A DNA stretch of 12,490 nt from Paraspadella gotoi. Lineage: Eukaryota > Animalia > Chaetognatha. Below, in pieces: positions 1 to 9,969 of the stretch (positions within the stretch are counted from its first letter, which is position 1; each line of letters opens with the position of its first letter). The stretch spans positions 1-12,490 of the forward strand of contig JBJCIZ010000460.1 in assembly GCA_051294375.1 (NCBI GenBank). The letters are read 5' to 3'. Below the pieces are notes generated by a model that saw nothing but the letters and a program-made list of their open reading frames with translations, ran no database searches and was not told the origin of the DNA. The translations under genes and the position numbers were made by a program.

Positions 1-173
1 GTTTTTATCTCTTTTTACAAAGGAAATGTCATCTGTCGGTGTATTTAAAATTTTTATCTCTTTTTACGTTAGAAAAGTCGTTTATCAGTGTTTTTTATCT
101 CTTTTTACATTGGAAAAATCGTTTGCCGGTTTTTTTAAAGTTTTTATCTCTTTTTTTTTTGGAAAAGAAGTTT
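1..173 (+). repeat. ~49-bp tandem satellite, first block (T-rich strand on +), truncated by the window edge
   Basis: About 3.5 degenerate copies of the GGAAAAGTCGTTT-CCGGTGTTTTTAACGTTTTTATCTCTTTTTACA motif before a unique insert. Confidence 0.9.
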
Positions 174-321
174 GCTACATATAATTTAAAGAGAAAAGAG
201 AGAGAGAAGGAGACATAAAAATAAAAGAGAGGAAACTTGTTTGTTTTGATAAAACGTAAAAAAAAACATATTTAATAACTGTCCTCACCCAATTTTAACA
301 ACCTCGATGATGTTGTTAGTT
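174..321. other. ~150-bp non-satellite insert with a GA-rich tract and a 3' hairpin
   Basis: Satellite motif absent. GA-rich tract at ~190-232. TAACAAC(296-302)/GTTGTTA(312-318) inverted repeat. GAAGTTT occurs on both sides (167-173, 322-328). Confidence 0.55.
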
Positions 322-3300
322 GAAGTTTTTAACGTTTTTATTTTTTTTATTTAAAAATATCGTTTTCTGGTGTTCTTACGTTTTATCTCTTTTTACATTG
401 GAAAAAGCGTTTTTTTTTGTTTTTAAAGTTTTTATCTCCATTAACATTGAAGTAGTTGTTTTCAGGTGTTTTCCACCTTTTTATCCTTTTTTACAATGGA
501 AAAGACGTTTTTCGGTGTCTTTAACGTTTTTATCTCTTTTGACATTGGAAAAGTCGTTTTCTGGTGTTTTTAACGTGTTTAGCTCTTTTTACATAGGAAA
601 AGAAAACGGAGAAGTCGTTTTTCGGAGTTTTTAACGTTTTCAGCTCTTTTTACATAGGAAAAGGAAAAGGAAAAGTCGTTTTTCTCTGTTTTTAATGTTT
701 TCTTGTCTTTTTACAAAAGAAAAGTCGTTTTTTGATGTTTTTAACGTTTTTAGCTTTTTTTACATAGGAATAGTCGTTTGACGGGGTTTTCAACGGTTTT
801 ATTTCTTTTTTTTTTTGAAAAGTCGTTTGCCAAAGTTTTTAACGTTTTTATCTTTTTTTACATTGGAAAAAGCGTTTTTCTTTGTTTTTTAAGTTTTTAT
901 CTCTTTGGAAAAGTCGTTTGCTAGAGTTTTTAACGTTTTTATCTCTTTTTACATAGGAAATGTCGTCTGTCGGTGTATTTAACGTTTTTATTTCTTTTTA
1001 CATTAGAAAAAGTCGTTTATCGGTGTTTTTTCTCTCTTTTTATATTGAAAAAATCGTTTGCCGGTATTTTAAAAGTGTTTATCTCTTTTTAAATTGAAAA
1101 AGTCGTTTTCCGGTGTTTTTAACCATTTTTTAGCTTTTTTTACATAGAAAAAGTCGTTTGCCGGTTTTTATTTTTTTTCCTTTGAAAAAGTATTTTGCCA
1201 AAGTTTTTAACGTTTTTATTTATTTTACATAGCAATTGTCGTTTTTCGGTGTTTTCAACGTTTTTATATCTTTTTACATTGGAAAAGTCGTTTTCCGGTG
1301 TTTTTAACGTTTTTATCTCTTTTACATTGGAAAAGTATTTAGTCAAAGTTTTTAACTTTTTTATTTCTTTTTACAATGTAAAAGTTGTTTGCGAGTGTTT
1401 TAAACGTTTTTATCTTTTTATACCAAGTCGTTTTCCGTTGTTTTCGACGTTTTCATCTCTTTTTAAATAAAAAATGTCGTTTTCCGGTTTTTTTAAAGGT
1501 TTTTATCTCTTTTTACATTGGAAAAGACCTTTGCCGGTTTTTTTAACGCTTTTATTATTTTTTACATTGGAAAAGTCTGACGGTGTATTTAACCGGTTTT
1601 TCTTTTTTTACATAGGAAGAGTCGTTTGCCAGTGTTTTCAACGTTTTACTTTTTTTTATATTGGAAAAGTGGTTTACCAAAGTTTTTAACGTTTTTATTT
1701 ATTTTTACATTAAAAAAGTTGCTTGCCGGTGTTTTTAACTTTTTTATATCTTTTTATATTGGAAAAGACGTTTTCCGGTGTTTATAACGTTTATATTACT
1801 TTTGACATTGGAAAAGTCGTTTGCTGTTGTTTTTAGCGTTTTTATCTTTTTTTGCAAAGGAAATGCCGTCTGCCGGTGTATTTAACGTTTTTAATTTTTT
1901 TTTTGCAATAAATATATCGTTTGCCGGTGTTTTCCAAGTTTTTATCTCTTTTTACATAGGAAATGTCGTTTTCCGGTTTTTTCAACGTTTTTATTTCTTT
2001 TTACATTGAAAAAGTCGTTTGCTGGTGTTTTTAGCGTTTTTATCTCTTTTACATAGGAAATGTCCTTTTTTCGGTGTTTTCCACGTTTTTATCTCCTTTT
2101 ACATTGGAAAATTCTTTTTCCGTTATTTTTAACGTTTTTTAGCTCTTTTTACATAAAAAAGTCGTTTGCCGGTTTTTTTAAAAGTTTTTAACTCTTTTTA
2201 CATTTTAAAAGTCGTTTACTGGTGTTTTTAGCGTTTTTTTATCTTTTTGCATCGGAAATGCCGTCTTCCGGTGTATTTAACGTTTTTATCTCTTTTTACA
2301 TTGGAAAAGTCGTTTGTCGTTTTTTTTTAAGGTTTTTATTTCTTTTTACATTGGAAAAGACCTTTGCCGGTTTTTTTAACGCTTTTGTCTTTTTTTACAT
2401 TGGATGAGTCGTTTCCCGGTGTTTTTAATGCTTTTATCTCCCTTTACCTTGGATAAATCGTTTTCCGGAGTTTTTAACGTTTTCATCTCATTTTATATTG
2501 AAAAAGTTCTCTCGAAAGTTTTTAACGTTTTTATTTATTTTTATATTGAAAGAGTAGCTTGCCGGTGTTTTCAACAGATTTCTCTTTTTTTACATTGGAT
2601 AAGTAGTTTCCCTTTGTTTTTAGCGTTTTTATCTCTTTTTACATAGGAAATGTCTGCTGCCGGTGTATTTAACGTTCTTATTTTTTTTTGCATTAAATAT
2701 ATCGTTTGCCGGTGTTTTCCAAGTTTTTCTCTCTTTTCACATTGGAAAAATCGTTTTCCCTTGTTTTTAACGTTTTCATCCTATTTTACAAAGGAAAAGT
2801 CGTTTTTCGGTGTTTTTAACGTTTTTAGCTCTTTTTACATAGGAAAAGGAAAAGGAAAAGTTTTTCGGTGTTTTTAACGTTTTTAACTCCTTTTACATAG
2901 GAAAAGGAAAAGGAAAAGTCGTTTTTCGGTGTTTTTAAAGTTTTCTTCTCTCTTTACAAAAGAAAAGTAGTTTTTTGATGTTTTTAACGTTTTTAGCTTT
3001 TTTTACATAGGAAAAGTCGTTTGACGGGTTTTTCAACGGTTTTATTTCTTTTTTTATTGAATAGTCGTTTGCCAAAGTTTGTAACGTTTTTATCTCTTTT
3101 TTCATTGGAAAAAGCGTTTTTCTTTGTTTTTAAAGTTTTTATCTCTTTGGAATAGTCGTTTGCTGGTGTTTTTACATAGGAAATGTCGTCTGTCGGTGCA
3201 TTTAAAATTGTTATCTCTTTTTACGTTAGAAAAGTCGTTTATCGGTGTTTTTTATCTTTTTTTACACTGGAAAAAATGTTTTCCGGTTTTTTTAAAGTTT

Positions 3301-5420
3301 TTATCACTTTTTAAATTGGAAAAGTCGTTTTCCGGTGTTTTTAACCTTTTTTTAGCTCTTTTTACATAGAAAAAGTCGTTTGCCAGTTTTTTTTTTTCCT
3401 TTGGAAAAGTATTTTGCCGAAGTTTTTAACGTTTTTATTTCTTTTTACATAGCAATTGTCGTTTTTCGGTGTTTCAACGTTTTTATATCTTTTTACATTG
3501 GAAAAGTCGTTTTCCGGTGTTTTTAACGTTTTTATCTCTTTTTACATTGGAAAAGTATTTTGTCGTAGTTTTTAACTTTTTTATTTCTTTTTACAATGAA
3601 AAAGTTGGTTGCGAGTGTTTTAAACGTTTTTATCTTTTTATACAAAGGAAAATTCGTTTTCCTTTGTTTTCGACGTTTTCATATCTTTTTACATAAAAAA
3701 TTTCGTTTTCCGGTTTTTTTTTAAGGTTTTTATCTCTTTTTACATTGGAAAAGACTTTTGCCGGTTTTTTTAACGCTTTTATCTTTTTTTACATAGGATG
3801 AGTCGTTTTCCGGTGTTTTTAACGTTTTTATTTCTTTTTACATTGAAAAAGTTGCTTGCCGGTGTTTTTAACTTTTTTATATCTTTTTATATTGGAAAAG
3901 ACGCTTTCCGGTGTTTATAACGTTTTTATTATTTTTCACATTGGAAAAGTCGTTTTCCGGCGTTTTTAACGTTTTTAGCTCTTTTTACAAAGAAAAAGTC
4001 GTTTTCTGGCGATTTTAACGTTTTTAAGAATTTTAAATTGGAAAAGTCGTTTTCCAGTGTTTTTAACGTTTTTTAGCTCTTTTTAAATAAAAAAAGTCGT
4101 TTGCCGGTTTTTGTTTTCAAGTTTTTATCTCTTTTTACTTTGGAAAAGTCGTTTGCTGGTGTTTTTAACGTTTTATCTTTTTTTACAAAGGAAAAGTCGT
4201 TTTCCGGTGTTTTTAACGTTTTCATCTCTTTTTATATTGAAAAAGTTTTTTGCTGGTGTATTTAACCTTTTTTTTTTTTTTTACATAGGAAGAGTCGTTT
4301 GCCAGTGTTTTCAATGTTTTTATTTTTTTTTATATTAGAAAAGTCGTTTGTCAAAGTTTTTAACGTTTTTATTTATTTGTATTTTGAAAGAGTAGTTTGC
4401 CGGTGTTTTCAACCTTTTTATCACTTTTTACATTAGATAAGTCGTTTTCCGGTGTTTTTAACGTTTTTATTTCTTTTTACATTGGAAAAGTCGTCTGCAG
4501 GTGTATTTAACCGGTTTTTTTTTTACATAGGAAGAGTCGTTTGCTAGTGTTTTCAACGTTTTTAATTTTTTTTTATATTGAAAAAGTCGTTTGCCAAAGT
4601 TTTTAACGTTTTTATTTATTTTTACCATGAAAAAGTCGCTTGCCGGTGTTTTCAACTTTTTTATATCTTTTTATATTGGAAAAGACATTTTCCGGTGTTT
4701 ATAACATTTTTATTACTTTTGACATTTGAAAAGTCATTTTCAAGTGTTTTTAACGTTTTTAGCTCTTTTTACAAAGAAAAAGTCGTTTTCCGGCGATTTT
4801 AACATTTTTATCTCATTTTAATTAGGAAAAGTCGTTTTCCGGAGTTTTTAATGCTCTTTTTACATAGGAAAAGTTGTTTGACGATTTTTTTAAAGTTTTT
4901 ATCTTTTTTTACATTGGAAAAGTCGTTTGCCGGTTTTTTTTAAGTTTTTATTTCCTTTTACTTTGGAAAAGTCGTTTGCTGGTGTTTTTAGCATTTATAT
5001 CTCATTTTGCATAGGAAATGCCGTCTGCCGGTGTATTTAACGTTTTTATTTCTTTTTGCCGGTGTTTTCCAAGTTTTTATCTCTTTTTACATTGGAAAAG
5101 TCGTTTGCTGGTGTTTTTAACGTTTGTATCTTTTTTTAAATTGAAAAAATCGTCTTCCAGTGTTTTTAACGTTTTTATCTCTTTTTACATTAGAAAAGTA
5201 TTTTGCCAAAATTTTTAACGTTTTTATTTTTTTTACAATGAAAAAGTCGTTTTCGGGTGTTTTCAACGTTTTTATCTTTTTATACAATAGAAAAGTCGTT
5301 TTCCGGTGTTTTCAACGTTTTTATATCTTTTTACATAGGAAATGTCGTTTACCGGTTTTTTTTTTAAGGTTTCTATCTCTTTTTACATTAGAAAAGACAT
5401 TTTCTAGAGTTTTTAGTTTT
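322..5420 (+). repeat. ~49-bp tandem satellite array, roughly 100 monomers, with internal segmental duplications
   Basis: The GGAAAAG anchor recurs every 48-49 nt (e.g. 1281/1329, 3500/3549). Conserved GTCG, CCGG and AACGTT cores are separated by T-tracts of variable length. Confidence 0.95.
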
Positions 5421-5588
5421 TAGTTTTAAAAAGTTAAGAAAAAGGGTCATTCTATTCAACTTCAAAATAGGCTAATATTCAGAAAGTTGAGCTCCTGGCG
5501 ATTCCGAAAATGTATTCACTTTAAGCATTTGATGCATTCTACCCCATTTTATATCGGTTTTAATTATAATATAAAATAAAAGAAACCT

Positions 5589-5860
5589 ATCTGAAGAGTT
5601 GCAGGTCAAACAAAAAGGCCAATCCATCTGATATTTTTTATGAATTTTTTATTACTGAATTAGAAAAATGTAATAGAGAGACATTTTTAAATTACAACTT
5701 GTATCCTTGAAAATGAAACGTTTTTAAACTTTAACCCTGAATTCTTTCTAACTGGAACGCGTTTATCAAAATGTCTCTCTATTACATTTTTACAAATGTT
5801 TTTAAGATTGCTAATCAAATTCAATATTATTGCAGTAGTTTAGGCTGCAACTCTTCAAAT
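5589..5860. mobile_element. Fold-back / MITE-like non-autonomous element, superfamily unassigned
   Basis: Outer inverted repeat TGAAGAGTTGCAG (5592-5604) / CTGCAACTCTTCA (5845-5857) is 13 bp perfect and 18/22 when extended. Inner 24-bp perfect inverted repeat AAAAATGTAATAGAGAGACATTTT (5664-5687) / 5768-5791. Both pairs share an axis near 5725. No ORF. Confidence 0.6.
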
Positions 5861-6068
5861 TCAGTGTAGATTCATTGTAGCTCGAATTTCTTTACCATCT
5901 ATTTAACTGAACTGGAAATGACTGGAAAACCAACAGAGTAACTAGATTAATTGTTTAATTCTCCCCTTCTAAACTATCCCATACCGTGTTTTAACTTCTT
6001 ACCTAGAATTTTTTAACAACCAGATTGAAAAACAAATCTTTAAAAAATGTGTTTACCCATTTAACTTG

Positions 6069-7133
6069 ACGACTTTTCCTTTGTAAAAAGAGATAAAAAC
6101 GTTTAAAAAAGCGGCAAACAATTTTCCCAATATAAAAATAGATGTAAAGGTTAAAAATACCGGTAAACGACTTTTTGAAAGTAAAAAGAGATAAAAACGT
6201 TAAAAAAACACAGGAAAACGACTTTTCCTATATAAAAAGTGATTAAAATGTTAAAAATACCGACAAACAACTTTTCCTCTATAAAAAAAATAAAAACTTT
6301 GAAAATACTGGCAAACGACTTTTCCTATGTAAAAAAAAATGTTAAAAACACTGGCAAAAACTTTTCCCGTATAAAAAAATGAAAACATTAAAAACACCGG
6401 CAAACGACTTTTCTTATGTAAAAAGAGAGAAAAACTTTAAAAACTGCGGCAAACGATTTTTCCTCTTTAAAAAAATATAAAAATGTTAAAAACACCGGCA
6501 AACAACTTTTCCTATGTAAAACGAGATAAACACGTTAATAACACCCACAATCGACTTTTGTATTTTAAAAAGAGATAAAAACGCTAAAAACACAAGAATA
6601 CGACTTTTCCAATGTAAAAAGAGATAAAAACGTTGAAAACACCGGCGAACGACTTTTTCAATATAAAAAGAACTAAAAACGTTAAAAACTTCGGCAAACA
6701 ACTTTTCCAATATAAAAATGGATTTAAAGGTTAAAAACACTGGCAAACGACTTTTTGAATGTAAAAAGAGATAAAAACGTTAAAAAAACTGGCAAACAAT
6801 TGTTTTTCAAAAAGAGATTAAAACGTAAAAAACACCGGCAAACGACTTTTCCTTTAAAAAAAAAATAAAGACGTTGAAAACACTGAAAAACGACTTTTCC
6901 TATGTAAAAAAGAATAAAAACATTGAAAACACCGGCAAACGACTTTTCCAATAAAAAAAGATAAAAACGTTAAAAACACTGGCAAACGACTTTTCCAATA
7001 AAAAAAGGGATAAAAACGTTAAAAACAGCGGCAAACAATATTTCCAATGTAAAAAGTGATAAAAACATTAAAACTACCGGCAAACGACTTTTCCTTTGTA
7101 AAAAGCAATAAAAACTTTTTAAAAGCGGCAAAC
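6069..7133 (-). repeat. Same ~49-bp satellite in inverted orientation, about 22 monomers
   Basis: Repeats of TGTAAAAAGAGATAAAAACGTTAAAAACACCGGCAAACGACTTTTCC, the reverse complement of the left array monomer. Confidence 0.95.
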
Positions 7134-8455
7134 TCAAGAAGCGCTATAGAAAAAGAAGCACGTGACTTCTTTTCTTATATTTTATATCGATAGATGTGGA
7201 ATGAGGAATATTGTAATCTCAAGTTTCGCTTTTAATCGGACCTCACCATGTGGAGAAATCTAGGAAACATCAAAATCTCCACCCTTTTCTTTCACATTCT
7301 CGCTTTCTAACGATATTTCTGCCGATTCTGCTTCTCTTCACTTATATTCCGCTTAGTTAATTTTCTTTCTCTACGAGCGACGCGGGCTACACTTTCTGTT
7401 TTTTTATGATTCTGGGGTAAAAATTTAAGTTCAATTTACATTGGGATTATGAAAGTATAATGTTTTGTGAGCCTGTGAGAGTTATAGATAATTAAAAATT
7501 CGCTATTTTATTATTGAAAATGACAGTAAAGTGAGAAGTTGATGTTTCGGCTCATTCAGTAACATCCTGTCTCTAGCATAAATAATGTTGTACTTTTTGT
7601 GGTGGAAAAGAAGATAGATATTAGGTATCGTATGATTGGGTGAATAATATTTTGTAGAATTTTGTAGTGCTTGTGAAATAGACCAGCAATATTTAAGTGA
7701 CAAAAATTCAAATTTCTTTATCCAAAAAAGTTTACTAGAGTATATTTAGCTTTTTCTTTCAGAATCATTAAAAGAATTAAATTTTCATTTTTCTTATGGG
7801 TGTCATTAGTTTTGAAATTCATTATATTTTGATTAGTTTGACACTCCTCCCTGTAAGGAGGTTTCAGCATAAGTATTCTAATTGTATTTATGTGCCCTAT
7901 GATTATGGCTTCATTTGGTAATATAATCCCTTTATCTTATTTCCTTCAAAAGATATTAGGAAAATCAGTTTTTTTCAACATTCCTTTTTAATTTCTTTTT
8001 AAATAAAATTTTGCGAGTCAAACCAGCTATTTATTTAACACCTGATCATTTTATGTCAATCATTATAAAATGGAAAAAGAAAAATGGACAGCTCTTCAGA
8101 CACAAAGCTATCAGAATCGCGAAATTCGAAGTCGCTACTAAACGAACATATAGCATCCCGTTTGCATTTTAAGTTTGTAATTTCCTTTCATTTCTATAGT
8201 AAAAATGAGGTTTGAAATTTCTCCAGAGATAAGTAGTGCATTTCCCCTGGCTTGTTTGATATTAAATCCTTTATCAAATGCCATAAAACGAATAGGACAA
8301 GCTCTTCAGATGTAATGCTCTCGGAATCGTGCGTTTTTACAAGTGTTTTTTAACCGAATTTCTGGCAAACGCGTTTGCAATTTGGGTAGTCAGATTTGAA
8401 CGGAATTCTCTATTAGAAAAATGTTGAATTTTTTTTTAAGCGAGATTCTCGTCTA
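7134..8455. mobile_element. ~1.3-kb non-coding insertion in the satellite, probably a degenerate non-autonomous transposon
   Basis: The satellite stops at GGCAAAC (7127-7133) and resumes in register at GGTAAAC (8456-8462). Palindromes lie near both ends (7149-7174, 8441-8451). No recognisable coding sequence. Confidence 0.4.
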
Positions 8456-9470
8456 GGTAAACGAATTTATTTTAAAAAAAAATAAAAACGTTAAAAAGTC
8501 CGGCAAAACTCTTTTCCTATGTAAAAAAAGATAAAAACGTTAAAGACACCGGCAAACGACTATTCTTATAAAAAAGAGATATAAACTTTTAAAACACCGG
8601 CAAACGACTTTTCTTTTGTAAAAAGAGATAAAAACTTTTAAAACAGCGGCAACTGACTTTTTCTATGTAAAAAGAGATATAAACTTTCAAAACACCGGTA
8701 AACGACTTTTTGTATGTAAAAATATAAAAAAAAATTTAAAAATCCGGCAAACCAATTTTCCTATGTAAAAAAAAAAAAAAAACGTTAAAAAGAGTGGCAA
8801 ACGACTTTTCCTTTGTAAAAAGAGATAAAAACTTTTAAAACACTGGCAAACGACTTCTCGTATGTAAAAAGAGACAAAAACGTTAAATAAACACGTCAAC
8901 CACTTTTCCCATTTACCAAGATATAAAAACGATAAAAACACAGGCAAACCATTTTTCCTATGTAAAAAGATATAAAAACGTTAAAAACATTACTTCTTTG
9001 TAAAAAAACGTTCTAAAGCGGGCAAACGATTTTTCTAAATAAAAAATAAAAACGTTGAAAACACCAAGCAAACGACTCTTCTCTATGTAAAAAGAGACAA
9101 AAACGTTAAAGTACCCGGCAAACGACTATTCCTATGTAAAAAAGAGATAAAAACTTTTAAAATACCGCAAACGACTTTCTCGTATGTAAAAAGAGACAAA
9201 AACGTTAAAAAACACCGGCAAACCACTTTTCCCATTTACCAGGAGAAAAAAACGATATAAAACACAGGCAAACCATTTTTCCTAGTAAAAAGAAATAAAA
9301 ACGTTAAAAAACAATACTTCCTTTGTAAAAAAATGATGTTCAAAAAAGTGGCAAACGACTTTTCCAATGTAAAAAGAGATATAAACGTTAAAAACTTTTG
9401 GCAAACAACAACAATCTAAAAAAGAAATAAAAACGGTGAAAACACCGGCAAACGACTCTTCCTATGTAAA
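8456..9470 (-). repeat. ~49-bp satellite, inverted orientation, about 21 monomers
   Basis: Same monomer. The block ends mid-monomer at ...TTCCTATGTAAA (9470), where the PLE begins. Confidence 0.95.
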
Positions 9471-9550
9471 GGACATTATTTATAGACTTTCGATTTCGTT
9501 GTTTTTAGCATTTAGGAAAAACAGTTTTATGTGGCAACGAATTTTATTGA
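9471..9550 (-). repeat. Inverted partial pLTR (3' end of the PLE) with ~40-nt tail
   Basis: The reverse complement of 9511-9550 (TCAATAAAATTCGTTGCCACATAAAACTGTTTTTCCTAAA) equals 11353-11393 except for a 1-nt indel. 9471-9510 continues that copy 40 nt further. Confidence 0.9.
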
Positions 9551-9578
9551 TGGGCAAATCACCTCAAGTCCTCTGGCA

Positions 9579-9968
9579 NNNNNNNNNNNNNNNNNNNNNN
9601 NNNNNNNNNNNNNNNNNNNNNNNNNNNNNNNNNNNNNNNNNNNNNNNNNNNNNNNNNNNNNNNNNNNNNNNNNNNNNNNNNNNNNNNNNNNNNNNNNNNN
9701 NNNNNNNNNNNNNNNNNNNNNNNNNNNNNNNNNNNNNNNNNNNNNNNNNNNNNNNNNNNNNNNNNNNNNNNNNNNNNNNNNNNNNNNNNNNNNNNNNNNN
9801 NNNNNNNNNNNNNNNNNNNNNNNNNNNNNNNNNNNNNNNNNNNNNNNNNNNNNNNNNNNNNNNNNNNNNNNNNNNNNNNNNNNNNNNNNNNNNNNNNNNN
9901 NNNNNNNNNNNNNNNNNNNNNNNNNNNNNNNNNNNNNNNNNNNNNNNNNNNNNNNNNNNNNNNNNNNN
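9579..9968. other. Assembly gap (390 N)
   Basis: Run of N. The ORFs spanning it (9436-10308, 9531-10010, 9559-9996) are artefactually joined. Confidence 1.
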
Positions 9969-9969
9969 A

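Noticed and set aside
322-5420. CRISPR-like array (short repeat with an internal hairpin)
   Set aside because: Monomers are head-to-tail with no unique spacers, the repeats are degenerate, no cas genes are present, and the context is eukaryotic.
320-5423. Numerous 60-104 aa F/L/V/K-rich ORFs, also 6486-6951 and 8687-8947
   Set aside because: They are translations of the T-rich satellite strand, which has few stops. The same peptides (LEKSFSGVFNVF, HWKSRFPVFLTF) recur in all frames because 49 is not a multiple of 3.
7159-7166. GTCACGTG as a yeast CDEI point-centromere element
   Set aside because: No CDEII/CDEIII arrangement follows, and the context is not budding-yeast-like.
7503-7703. 66-aa minus-strand ORF
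   Set aside because: Short, non-ATG start, no recognisable motif.
9436-9578. N-terminus of the 290-aa ORF
   Set aside because: Made of satellite plus the inverted pLTR. It is joined to the endonuclease frame only through Ns.
9550-9578. ATGGGCAAATCACCTCAAGTCCTCTGGCA as RT motif MGxxLSP, or as DGQITS near the RT thumb
   Set aside because: Only 29 nt at a contig edge. The first reading needs two indels and the second lacks the following YRK. Probably PLE-derived but unassignable.
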